DNA of 50,756 nucleotides from positions 1 to 50,756 of the forward strand of contig CAYLPD010000003.1 of assembly GCA_964385515.1 (NCBI GenBank), given 5' to 3'. Under the pieces are notes generated by a model. That model did not search any database, was not told the origin of the DNA, and worked only from the letters and a program-made list of their open reading frames with translations. This DNA is from an uncultured Bdellovibrionales bacterium. GTDB lineage: Bacteria > Patescibacteriota > Minisyncoccia > Moranbacterales > UBA1568. This document shows, piece after piece, positions 25,203 through 34,389 of the stretch; position 1 is the stretch's first letter; the number at the start of each line of letters is the position of its first letter. The position numbers were made by a program, and so were the translations under genes.

Positions 25203-27023
25203 CTAGGCCTTCGGTATTTCCTGAGTAGTGTCAGTGGTGGGTGTTTCGGTCACCGTCTCGTCGGACCTGGTTTCTGTAGTGTCATCATCGAGCCCTTTGT
25301 CATCGAACGCGTCATACAGATCCCGCAGGGAATCCTCTCGGCCCGAGGCGGCCCAGACCTCATCCATGGTCGTAATGCCCTCCAAGACTTTGATGAGTCC
25401 ATCTTGGGCCATTGTCGCCATACCGTCTTTTACAGCAGCATCAAAGATTTCTTTTTCCGTTGCAATCGAATCAATCAAGTCGCGAATTTCTTGGGTGATA
25501 GGCAGAACCTCAAAGATACCCTTTCGGCCATAGTAGCCAGTGAAGTTGCAGTGGACACAACCCTTTGGGCGGTAGAGGATATCGACAGTAGGGAATTGTT
25601 TTGTCTTGGCCTTTTCGGGTATCATCGCGAGCAACTTTTTAATCGCGTCGATAGTACTGGCTGCAGGCAGATAGGGCTCCTTGCATTCTTCGCAGAGGAT
25701 ACGGACGAGACGCTGAGCCATGATGATATTTATGGCTGACGCGATGAGGGAAGGTTTCACTCCGAGATCGAGCAGCCGGGGAACAGTCGCGACCGCGTTG
25801 TTGGTATGGAGCGTGGAGAGGACGAGATGGCCGGTGAGTGAGGCCGATACGGCGACATCCGCTGTTTCGTCATCACGAATTTCACCGACAAGGATGACAT
25901 CGGGGTCTTGGCGGACGATAGCGCGGAGCGCCGAAGCAAAGGTGTAGTCACGGTCTTTTGATACTTCTGTTTGAACGATACCGGCGATATTGTATTCGAT
26001 CGGATCTTCGATGGTGATGATTTTGATCTCTGGGTTGTTGATGCGGTTGATGAGGGAATAGAGCGTCGTTGTTTTTCCGGAACCAGTGGGGCCGGTATTG
26101 AGGATGATCCCGTTGGGTTTCTCTATGGCTCGCTGGACCTCTTCAAAGGCGCGGCCATAGATACCGAGATGTGTGACGTCGACATCGACATCCGCGTTGT
26201 TGAGGAGACGCATGTCGATGTTCTCACCATGGTTACCGGGGATGAGCGAGACACGGATATCGACACGATCTCCACCACTTACCATAGAGAAATGCCCGTC
26301 TTGGGCGCGGTCGCGGACATTGATACGCATGCCACTGAGCATCTTGATGCGGGCGAGTGCGAGTTGGTACATGTGTTGGGGCAGATCCCCGATATCCTGC
26401 AGCAGGCCATCGATGCGATACCGTAAGCGAGCGGTTGTTTCTCCCGGTTCGATGTGAACATCACTTCCTCGCATTTTGGTTGCACCAGCCAGGATGATTT
26501 CGATGATTTGTGAGGTTGAGATGGAGGTGTTTCCTGTACCGAGGCTGAGTAAGTCGCCAAAGTTTTTCTCAAAGTTTTTGAGGTCATCGCCTTTGAGCGA
26601 GACGCGCAGGATATCAAGACTGACGAGGAGCGGCTTATTGTTGTAGTTCGCCCAAATTTTTTCTAGGGATTGGCGAGAAACAACGGATATGGTCATTCGC
26701 CACCGTTTTTCGTTTGCGAGCCCCTGAAGAAACTCCATAGCTTCGGGTAACTCGGGATTTTCGATACCGATATACACGTGGTTGCCATTTTTTCGGAAGA
26801 GTGCAACACCGTGTTTTTTTGCATCCGATTCTGGAAGCAGGCCAACGTCTTTTGGATCAGCAGGGAAGAGATGGAGGTCGAGGTAGGGGAGCCCAACGCG
26901 GTTACCGAGCGCATGCGCCCGATCCTCCATTGATTGCTCACGCAGCTTTTTGAGGAGGTCGGTGGTGCGGAGTGCTTTCTCGCTTGTAGTGTTGGGTACG
27001 ATACGACGGCTGACAGTAGGCAT
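25203..27023 (-). CDS. pilB: Type IV pilus / type II secretion assembly ATPase (PilB/GspE family)
   Basis: It has a T2SSE N-domain, Walker A 'GPTGSGKTT', 'ITIEDPIE', 'ILVGEIRD', and Cys residues in the zinc-site region ('CEEC', 'CVHC'). There is an acidic C-terminal tail. Confidence 0.9.
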   Translation of the reverse strand: MPTVSRRIVPNTTSEKALRTTDLLKKLREQSMEDRAHALGNRVGLPYLDLHLFPADPKDVGLLPESDAKKHGVALFRKNGNHVYIGIENPELPEAMEFLQGLANEKRWRMTISVVSRQSLEKIWANYNNKPLLVSLDILRVSLKGDDLKNFEKNFGDLLSLGTGNTSISTSQIIEIILAGATKMRGSDVHIEPGETTARLRYRIDGLLQDIGDLPQHMYQLALARIKMLSGMRINVRDRAQDGHFSMVSGGDRVDIRVSLIPGNHGENIDMRLLNNADVDVDVTHLGIYGRAFEEVQRAIEKPNGIILNTGPTGSGKTTTLYSLINRINNPEIKIITIEDPIEYNIAGIVQTEVSKDRDYTFASALRAIVRQDPDVILVGEIRDDETADVAVSASLTGHLVLSTLHTNNAVATVPRLLDLGVKPSLIASAINIIMAQRLVRILCEECKEPYLPAASTIDAIKKLLAMIPEKAKTKQFPTVDILYRPKGCVHCNFTGYYGRKGIFEVLPITQEIRDLIDSIATEKEIFDAAVKDGMATMAQDGLIKVLEGITTMDEVWAASGREDSLRDLYDAFDDKGLDDDTTETRSDETVTETPTTDTTQEIPKA

Positions 27024-27122
27024 AGAAGTGATATTTTCATTCCCATTCTATCATTGTTCGGACCAAGAGGGCTATTCGGCCAGGTCTTTCTGATCCAAGG
27101 AACGATGAAATGCTTTGGGTTC

Positions 27123-28268
27123 TCAGTCTGCCTCACTCACACTCTGAAACCACTCGTTCAAGAGTCGTTCAGCGGTGGGAAAATCTGTTGCTGGCAAAGT
27201 GCCTTCCAGCATGTCGCCGACAAGCTGACTTCCAGAGAAGACAGATAAAACATGTTCGAGTCGATCTTCTTGTTGACTCTTGATGAACACACGCATCGAA
27301 CGGGCACTTTCTTTGAAGAAGAGGGCGAAGACCGTGGCACCGGAGTAGTTGTTTCGGATCTTGTCGAGCACGATCGGCAAGTCATCGCTCTTGGAATGTG
27401 ACTCTATCAAATCTTCAAGCGTGACGGGCGCCCACATGAGGTGGAGTTTTTCATTGGTGCGAATATTGCCCATGATGCGTCCCCAGAGCTTGAGGATGTG
27501 GAGTGGTTGGGTTTTGTAGAGACTTTTCACAATCTTTTGTTGGTCAGCGCCATGACCCATGAGAGCGGAGGCGAGCTGCAGCGTTTTCGGAGTAGTGTTT
27601 TTTTTCTGAAATGAATCAGTGGCTGACATGATGCCAGTGAGCAGCGCTTCCGCAACGGTTGGGTCAATGAATTCAGGCCCGACAGTCTCAATGAAGTGAG
27701 CGACAATCTCGGAAGCAGATGAGGCAGTGACGTCGACGAGGTTGAGCTGCCCGTACTGTTCGTTGTTTGAATGTCGGTCAATATTTATGATGGGTACTTC
27801 ATAGAAAATATCCGGGTTGTCTTCATAGAGCTTGCCAAGACTGTCTTTGTCGGGAGCGTCGATGGTGAGGACGACATCATACTTATATTTTGCAAGAATG
27901 AAAGAGAAGTCTCGCGGATCGATAGTGCCGTGCTCAGGTGTTAGGTGAATGCGTAACTCCTGATTGAGGCGCTCCGTTCGGACATCGAGGATATTGTTGT
28001 GCTCGGTATTGAAGGAAAGGACAAAATCACGGGCACCGGATATTGCAGTCAGGACCGTTTCGGGCCAGGCGAGGAAGCCAAGGTCTTCACGACGTTCATC
28101 AATTCGTTCGGCTGCGAGTGTCGGCTTTTTTCCGAGTGCGGTGGTGAAGTGAGCGAGGGCGAGACCGCTCGCGATTGCATCACGAGTCGGGAAAGGGGGG
28201 AGGAGGATGAGCGGGTGGGCCGCCGGCTTGAGGAGTTCGAGGAATTGCGCTTCTTTCGTGAGAGACAT
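27123..28268 (-). CDS. DHH-superfamily (NrnA-like) protein with degenerate catalytic motifs
   Basis: 381 aa, colinear with NrnA. However, motif I reads 'PTRDAIAS' (not DxD), motif III reads 'NIDRHSNN' (DRH rather than DHH), and no GGGH motif is visible in the DHHA1 region. Confidence 0.65.
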   Translation of the reverse strand: MSLTKEAQFLELLKPAAHPLILLPPFPTRDAIASGLALAHFTTALGKKPTLAAERIDERREDLGFLAWPETVLTAISGARDFVLSFNTEHNNILDVRTERLNQELRIHLTPEHGTIDPRDFSFILAKYKYDVVLTIDAPDKDSLGKLYEDNPDIFYEVPIINIDRHSNNEQYGQLNLVDVTASSASEIVAHFIETVGPEFIDPTVAEALLTGIMSATDSFQKKNTTPKTLQLASALMGHGADQQKIVKSLYKTQPLHILKLWGRIMGNIRTNEKLHLMWAPVTLEDLIESHSKSDDLPIVLDKIRNNYSGATVFALFFKESARSMRVFIKSQQEDRLEHVLSVFSGSQLVGDMLEGTLPATDFPTAERLLNEWFQSVSEAD

Positions 28269-28415
28269 AGAGGGGAAGGTCGAGATAAGTTCTCTACCCT
28301 AACAAGATTTTTGGTATTGGTCAAACCTAGATTTATCCCAGAGAGAGGATGCTGGCCAAATCTTGGTTTCACAGAACATAAAACATGAAATAGAGAGCAG
28401 GAACGAGGGTTTGCA

Positions 28416-28901
28416 ATGTCCAGTCGGAAGTTTTATGTTCTCTGCTTTATGCTCTATGATTGTGTCATGCAGACCGTAATCGCTGAGTCGAAAGAAGCGA
28501 CCCAGGCGTGGGGGAAACAATTTGCTGCCACACTTCGTCCGGCGACGCTTGTCGCACTCTCGGGTGAGCTTGGTGCGGGCAAGACGACACTCGTCCAAGG
28601 TGTTCTCGAAGGCTTGGGCGCCGTGGCACCCTATCCGTCTCCGACCTTTGTCCTCATGAACCAGTATGAGTTGCCGCAGGCGACCGCGACTGGCATCCGG
28701 CGCGTCTATCATGCCGATGCATATCGCGTCGGAGCGGACGACTTCGAGCGGCTCGGCTTCCGTGAATGGTGTGCTGACCCCGAGGGGCTCGTCCTTCTTG
28801 AATGGCCGGAGCGGATAGTGGAACTCTTGCCGGGAAAATATACCGAAGTGAATATCGAGAGCGTGTCGGAATCGGAACGACGGATAGCAATTTCAGAGTA
28901 A
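28416..28901 (+). CDS. tsaE: tRNA t6A biosynthesis ATPase TsaE
   Basis: 'LSGELGAGKTTLVQG' P-loop, 'SPTFVLMNQY' and 'YHADAYR' signatures. The likely start is the internal ATG at 28467. Confidence 0.85.
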   Translation: MSSRKFYVLCFMLYDCVMQTVIAESKEATQAWGKQFAATLRPATLVALSGELGAGKTTLVQGVLEGLGAVAPYPSPTFVLMNQYELPQATATGIRRVYHADAYRVGADDFERLGFREWCADPEGLVLLEWPERIVELLPGKYTEVNIESVSESERRIAISE

Positions 28902-28903
28902 GA

Positions 28904-28933
28904 AAAAAGCCCCGGTATCGTTGTTTCGATACA
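28904..28933 (-). terminator. Possible terminator for the 28975-29394 gene
   Basis: On the minus strand, a GTATCG-aaacaa-CGATAC hairpin is followed a few nt later by TTTTTT. Confidence 0.35.
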
Positions 28934-28974
28934 GAGGCCTTAACCAAACCACTGCGAGTCGATCCCTGCACTTC

Positions 28975-29394
28975 CTATTCGATCGGGAGCCCGATAAAGT
29001 CATCGAGGACTTTACAGAGTCTTTCTAGATAGTTTTTCAGCGTTTCCGCTGAGGGCCCGCACTCTTTTCTCACAAAATCCATGTTGTTGGAGAATCCACC
29101 CTCCAACCGGCCCAGGCTAATGTACAGCCGGTGGGTGTTACTCGGGACATCATTGTGCCCCTCGAGGTTGTGGCGGAGGGAGCAACATCCCTCCAGCCCA
29201 GTTGCGTCATGTCTAAACCAGAAGGTGAATCTGAGTCTCTGGACCGCACTGTTGGGGTCGTCGTGTACCTCCTCCTGTGTCACGACAAACCCCGTTTCGC
29301 CTGCAATTTTTCTGAACTCATCAGCTGTGACTGTCGTCATTTTCTTCTCCACCCCGAGATACCGCTCGGGAAAGTCGGTGGGCTTGCGGCCCAA
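28975..29394 (-). CDS. Hypothetical protein (orphan)
   Basis: 139-aa ORF (possibly starting at the internal MTTVTADEF). I recognise no domain. It is divergent from TrmB paralog 2. Confidence 0.4.
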   Translation of the reverse strand: MGRKPTDFPERYLGVEKKMTTVTADEFRKIAGETGFVVTQEEVHDDPNSAVQRLRFTFWFRHDATGLEGCCSLRHNLEGHNDVPSNTHRLYISLGRLEGGFSNNMDFVRKECGPSAETLKNYLERLCKVLDDFIGLPIE

Positions 29395-29508
29395 GGTTTC
29401 AATTTTTAACGAACCGGTATTACAACCTTACCGCTTTCGGTCCTGTATCGTAACGACGTAGTATACTCCAAAACACCATAACAGTCAACTATACGAATAC
29501 AATAATAA

Positions 29509-29537
29509 TTGACATAATGCTTACAATAAGCTAAAAT
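29509..29537 (+). promoter_or_regulatory. Sigma-70-like promoter for TrmB paralog 2
   Basis: TTGACA (29509-29514), 17-nt spacer, TAAAAT (29532-29537). Confidence 0.45.
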
Positions 29538-29582
29538 AAGTACATAAATATACAAGTGTCGTAGAATATTGACAAACAGAAT

Positions 29583-30305
29583 ATGAAGGAAAAACAGGCT
29601 TTGCTCGACTTCGGGCTCTCGGATTCGGAGGCGGATGTCTATCTCGCCCTGTTTCGTCTAGGCGGGGCGACGGCGAGCGTCGTGGCCAAGGAAGCTAGCC
29701 TGAAACGGACGACCGTGTACCCGATTCTGAAGTCGCTCGCGGCCAAGGGCTGTCTCCAGGTGTATTTCCGCAAGCATCAGCAGCACTACTACGCCCAAAA
29801 GCCAGATCGGCTGGTCAGTCTGTTCGAGCAAAAACTAGAGCTGTTCAAGAGCATCGTCCCGCTTTTTGCATCGGCGGAGAAAAAACACGCGCAGACGGAG
29901 GGCCTGCGCTTCATCGAGACCAAGGAAGAACTCCGGCAGTTTTACTTGGATATCCTACAGGGCCACACAAGCTACCGTGTCATTGGCAACGCCTCTGCCT
30001 GGCAGAATATCGATCCGGAGTTTTTCGAAGAGTACCGGAAGATGCGGGCGCGGCTAAGGATCAAGGTCAGACTGCTCCTCTCGGCGGATTCTCGGGTAGC
30101 AAATCCGACCAGTCCGGATCTCTTGCGGGAGTGCCGGTACCTGCCGGAGCGGCACGCGTTCCAGAGTACGCTAAATATCTTTAATGATCAGGTCCTCGTC
30201 ATCAACCCGGAGTCAGCGTCGCTCGCCGTGGTGATCGCAGTGCCGGCGATGACGGATATCTTTCGGTCGATGTTTGAGGTGCTCTGGGAAGGCGCCGAGG
30301 AATAG
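29583..30305 (+). CDS. TrmB-family transcriptional regulator (paralog 2)
   Basis: 'FGLSDSEADVYLALFRLGGATASVVAKEASLKRTTVYPILKSLAAKG' HTH, with the same architecture as 17859-18650. Confidence 0.7.
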   Translation: MKEKQALLDFGLSDSEADVYLALFRLGGATASVVAKEASLKRTTVYPILKSLAAKGCLQVYFRKHQQHYYAQKPDRLVSLFEQKLELFKSIVPLFASAEKKHAQTEGLRFIETKEELRQFYLDILQGHTSYRVIGNASAWQNIDPEFFEEYRKMRARLRIKVRLLLSADSRVANPTSPDLLRECRYLPERHAFQSTLNIFNDQVLVINPESASLAVVIAVPAMTDIFRSMFEVLWEGAEE

Positions 30306-30411
30306 GCCTGGGAAGTGCTATGGTGGATGGACAGCAAGATCAATAGTCCGTAATATCTACTGCTCACCCGCTCAATAGTAGAAACCGGAAGGGGAGACTA
30401 TACTTCTGAAT

Positions 30412-33048
30412 ATGGCTACCAAGCGAAAATTGCTCGTGCTCATTGATGGGAACGCGATCATCCATCGGTCGTACCATGCTTTGCCGCCGATGGCGACGAA
30501 GGCGGGCGAGTCAGTTCATGCGGTCTATGGCTTTGCGTTGACACTGTTTTCAGTTATTGAAAAATTCAAACCGGACTATATTGCAGCCTCGTTCGATCTG
30601 CCTGGCGGGACATTCCGGGATGAACTGTACGCTGAGTACAAAGCCACACGAGTTGCAGCGCCAGATGACTTGTATGCTCAAATCCCAAGGGTCAAGGAAC
30701 TCGTTCAGGCGATGAATATCCCAATCTATGAACTTCCGGGGTTCGAAGCTGACGATTGTGTGGGGGCGCTGTCCAAGCAGGGAGAGGCGGCTGGCGTCGA
30801 GACGATCATCGTGACGGGTGATACGGATACACTCCAGCTTGTAACGGAGCATGTGAAAGTTTACACCCTACGGAAAGGGTTGAAGGACATGGTGCTTTAC
30901 GGTGTTTCGGAAGTGACGGCGAAATACGGCTTTCCGCCCGAGCGGCTGATTGATTACAAGGGGCTACGCGGCGATACATCAGACAATATTCCAGGCGTGA
31001 AAGGTATCGGCGAAAAGGGTGCGACGGATCTGATTCAGGAATTCGGATCGCTCGAGGATATTTATGCAGCACTGGAGCGGGTGAAACCGAAGGTGCGCGA
31101 GAAGCTGGTTGCTGGCCGCGAAATGGCCTTTCTCTCGAAAAAACTTGGGACAATTGATCGTGAAGCACCGGTGATACTCAAGCTGGATGAATGTGCGACG
31201 CATGATTTCAACCATGAGACGATTGAACATTTTCTCCGCACACTCGACTTTTTTAGTCTCCTGAAGCGTATTCCGGGTGGGGAGAAGAAGGGTCAAGAAT
31301 CTCATATCATTCGGTCGGAAAAACCAAAGAAGCGAGGACAGAAAAGGATTGAAACGGGAGAGGATATTGAGGAGTTTCTCCGCCGATGTTTGACCGAACC
31401 AATAGCCGTGGTCTTGTCTGAGACGGATGCATCGCTGTTTGGGAGCAGCGGTGTCGAGGCGGTCGGACTGGCAGCATCGAGTGAGGCGGTCGAGGTTGTG
31501 TGGAATGAAGCGACTGGTAGGGTACTCGCCGAATTCTTGGCTGACTCTGACCGGAAGAAGATAGCGATCGATGCGAAGGCACTGGCCCACACGCTTGCGG
31601 GTCTTGGTATGAAACTTTCAGGCATCGTCGAAGATATTCTCCTTTCGGCGTATATGCTCCAGGCAGGTAATCGCTTGGATGTGGAGACACTCATTATTGA
31701 AGAGAGTGGCACGGATTGGACGAGTCTCGCACTTTTAGAAAAAGCGAGGGCGGTCAGAGCACTCGCCCACTCACTTCGGAAGAAACTGGAGGTGCTCGCA
31801 GAGGAGCAAGGTGGCGAACATACGGTCGTGACCTTGCTTCGAGATATTGAACTTCCACTCGTGTCTGTTCTGTTTGCGATGGAGGAGGCGGGCATCTTGC
31901 TTGATCCAGCCACCTTCAAGCAGTTATCACAAGAGATCGATGCTTCGGTGAGATTGCTCGAAAGCGAAGTGTACAAGTTTGCTGGCAAGGAATTTAATGT
32001 AAATTCGCCGAAGCAACTGGCCGACGTGCTCTTTGTCGACCTTGCAATTCCGACTGATGGCATCAAGAAAAATAAGACGGGCTACTCCACCGCCTCGACC
32101 GAGCTCGAAAAACTCCGATCCGACTACCCAATCGTGAAACTGATCGAGGAGTACCGTGAGACGTTCAAACTGAAAACTACGTACGTTGATGTACTCCCGG
32201 GATTGGTGAAATCCGATGGTCGTCTCCACACAACCTATCGTCAAGATGTGGCTGCGACTGGTCGCCTCTCGTCCGTTGATCCGAATCTCCAGAACATTCC
32301 GATTCGTACGGCACTTGGCGCGCGCATCCGGGACGGGTTTGTCGCTGCTCCGGGGAAAAAACTCGTCGGCGCGGACTATTCGCAGATCGAACTTCGTATC
32401 GCGGCTCATCTCTCGGGTGATGTAAATATGACGCGTGCGTTCATTGAGGGCGAAGATATTCATCGGGCGACCGCGGCACTTGTTCATGGACTCAAACCCG
32501 AAGACGTGAGCGACAGTCTTCGCCGCGAAGCGAAGGCACTCAACTTTGGTATTATCTATGGTATGGGCGCGTACGGACTGGCTCAGGCAACCGATATGGA
32601 CCAGAAGAAAGCCGCACAGTTTATCAAGGAATACCTCAAGAAATTTTCGGGCATTGCGAAGTATATGGATGATATGCGGAAGTTCGCCCATGAGAAGGGC
32701 TATGTCGAAACAGCGCTTGGTCGCCGTCGTACACTCCCCGAAATTCAGTCGACGAATCAGGCACTCGTTCGTGGCGCAGAACGCATGGCGATCAATATGC
32801 CGATTCAGGGCTTGGCAGCCGATATTATGAAACTCGCGATGCTTGCAGCCGAGCGACTCGTCGAGACCAAGTACGCAAATTCAGCCAGGCTCCTCCTCCA
32901 GATTCACGACGAGCTCATCGCCGAAGTTGATGAGAAAGACGCGGTCGCGTTTGCGGCCGACCTTCAGAATGCGATGGAAGGTGTCTACCAGCTTTCCGTG
33001 CCCCTGGCTGTCTCAGTCGAAATCGGGAAGAATTGGGGAGAGATTTAA
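30412..33048 (+). CDS. polA: DNA polymerase I
   Basis: 878 aa with a 5'-nuclease domain (LIDGNAIIHRSYHA...), a central exonuclease-like domain, and polymerase motifs A 'VGADYSQIELRIAAH', B 'RREAKALNFGIIYG' and C 'LQIHDELI'. Confidence 0.95.
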   Translation: MATKRKLLVLIDGNAIIHRSYHALPPMATKAGESVHAVYGFALTLFSVIEKFKPDYIAASFDLPGGTFRDELYAEYKATRVAAPDDLYAQIPRVKELVQAMNIPIYELPGFEADDCVGALSKQGEAAGVETIIVTGDTDTLQLVTEHVKVYTLRKGLKDMVLYGVSEVTAKYGFPPERLIDYKGLRGDTSDNIPGVKGIGEKGATDLIQEFGSLEDIYAALERVKPKVREKLVAGREMAFLSKKLGTIDREAPVILKLDECATHDFNHETIEHFLRTLDFFSLLKRIPGGEKKGQESHIIRSEKPKKRGQKRIETGEDIEEFLRRCLTEPIAVVLSETDASLFGSSGVEAVGLAASSEAVEVVWNEATGRVLAEFLADSDRKKIAIDAKALAHTLAGLGMKLSGIVEDILLSAYMLQAGNRLDVETLIIEESGTDWTSLALLEKARAVRALAHSLRKKLEVLAEEQGGEHTVVTLLRDIELPLVSVLFAMEEAGILLDPATFKQLSQEIDASVRLLESEVYKFAGKEFNVNSPKQLADVLFVDLAIPTDGIKKNKTGYSTASTELEKLRSDYPIVKLIEEYRETFKLKTTYVDVLPGLVKSDGRLHTTYRQDVAATGRLSSVDPNLQNIPIRTALGARIRDGFVAAPGKKLVGADYSQIELRIAAHLSGDVNMTRAFIEGEDIHRATAALVHGLKPEDVSDSLRREAKALNFGIIYGMGAYGLAQATDMDQKKAAQFIKEYLKKFSGIAKYMDDMRKFAHEKGYVETALGRRRTLPEIQSTNQALVRGAERMAINMPIQGLAADIMKLAMLAAERLVETKYANSARLLLQIHDELIAEVDEKDAVAFAADLQNAMEGVYQLSVPLAVSVEIGKNWGEI

Positions 33049-33071
33049 TGCGGATTTAGGAAAAGAATAAA

Positions 33072-33087
33072 CCGGCCTTTCGGCCGG
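33072..33087. terminator. Short GC hairpin between convergent genes
   Basis: CCGGCC-tttc-GGCCGG, immediately after the polA stop codon. Confidence 0.45.
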
Positions 33088-33096
33088 CTTATGTAC

Positions 33097-33360
33097 CTAG
33101 TTCTGATTGCTCCGAATCAGCTTATCGAGACGATCTCGTACTTGAGTAAGGGCTGCAAGCGTATCGGCATCTCTGGGTTCCTGCTGAAGGCGATCCTCCA
33201 TGCGACCAACCGCTTCTTCAAGTTCATTTATTTCTGCGCTTTCGATTGCTGTATCTCGGACTACCTGTTCGAGTACTGAACCCTCACCTACTTTTGTTGG
33301 ATCAAGATGGAAATCGGGCGTTGGCTTCTTCCACTCCTCTGTCGGCATTTCTAGTGACAT
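33097..33360 (-). CDS. Small acidic coiled-coil protein (hypothetical)
   Basis: 87-aa ORF with its own consensus promoter (next feature). I recognise no domain. Confidence 0.5.
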   Translation of the reverse strand: MSLEMPTEEWKKPTPDFHLDPTKVGEGSVLEQVVRDTAIESAEINELEEAVGRMEDRLQQEPRDADTLAALTQVRDRLDKLIRSNQN

Positions 33361-33424
33361 ACAATTTGTTTCTGTTGGTTAATTAAACAAAAAAGACAAA
33401 CTATCTAACTCTCTTACCACAGTA

Positions 33425-33453
33425 AGTATAGCAGAAAAAAGCAGCTCAGTCAA
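33425..33453 (-). promoter_or_regulatory. Sigma-70-like promoter for 33097-33360
   Basis: On the minus strand: TTGACT, 17-nt spacer, TATACT. Confidence 0.5.
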
Positions 33454-33519
33454 TCCATTTTTTGCTCGTCAGTTCCTTGAAAAGCGATTACAATGCCTCT
33501 ACCGAAATATATTGCTATC

Positions 33520-34368
33520 ATGCCCGAATTGCCAGAAGTCCAAACTGTGGTGAGTCAGCTCGCGAAGAAAATCACGGGCAAGCGGATTGCTGGTTTTTGG
33601 TCGGACTGGGAAAAACAGGTGAAGCCAGGGTTGAAGAAGCTTTCGAAACTCGCAGTCAGCGGGACCGTGCTCGGCGCGCGACGAATCGGTAAACATATCG
33701 TTATTGATCTTGACAATGATCATTCGCTTGTCATTCATTTGAAGATGTCGGGCCATCTTCTCTACAAAGATGCAGCAAATGCCGAGGCAAGAGAGTGGCA
33801 AGATCCAGTGAATCGTTTCATCCATCACCGGATTGATTTCACTGATGGATCCTGGGTGGATTTTTCCGATCTCCGGAAATTTGGGTGGATCGACTGTGTG
33901 GCGACACCTGAAGTGGAAATGATGAAGTCCATCGCCTCCCTTGGCTGCGATGCGCTGGCGGGTGAATGCAGTCCTGATTTTTTCAAGGTGCTCTTCAAGA
34001 AGAATGCGCGGAAAAAGGTTGCGATACTTTTGCTTGAGCAGGACAAAATCGCAGGTATTGGCAATATCTATCGGAGTGAGATGCTGTATCGTGCTGGTAT
34101 CCGCCCGCTCCGAACGGTGGGTCGGATCACGCAAACCGAACGAACACGGCTTTTTACGGTGATGAAAGAAGTTCTTCGGGAAGCTGTGCGACTTCGCGGA
34201 ACGACAGATGGGGATTTTCGTGATACAGCTGGTAAGCCGGGCGGTTTCCAGAAAACACTCTTTGTTTATGGTCGTGAAAACTTGCCGTGCAAGCGCTGTG
34301 ATACAATTATCGTACGTGAAAAATTGGGGCAACGAAGTGTTTTTTATTGCCCCGTGTGTCAAAGGTAA
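33520..34368 (+). CDS. mutM: Formamidopyrimidine-DNA glycosylase
   Basis: Canonical 'MPELPEV' N-terminus (catalytic Pro2), H2TH region, and a C-terminal zinc finger 'CKRCDTIIVREKLGQRSVFYCPVCQ'. The track ORF starts 27 nt upstream at 33493. Confidence 0.9.
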   Translation: MPELPEVQTVVSQLAKKITGKRIAGFWSDWEKQVKPGLKKLSKLAVSGTVLGARRIGKHIVIDLDNDHSLVIHLKMSGHLLYKDAANAEAREWQDPVNRFIHHRIDFTDGSWVDFSDLRKFGWIDCVATPEVEMMKSIASLGCDALAGECSPDFFKVLFKKNARKKVAILLLEQDKIAGIGNIYRSEMLYRAGIRPLRTVGRITQTERTRLFTVMKEVLREAVRLRGTTDGDFRDTAGKPGGFQKTLFVYGRENLPCKRCDTIIVREKLGQRSVFYCPVCQR

Positions 34369-34389
34369 AACGTGTAAATACTTCAAAGT

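Noticed and set aside
31302-32691. Two 254-aa minus-strand ORFs inside polA.
   Set aside because: polA is continuous on the plus strand and has motifs A, B and C. The antisense products are low-complexity Ser/Arg-rich.
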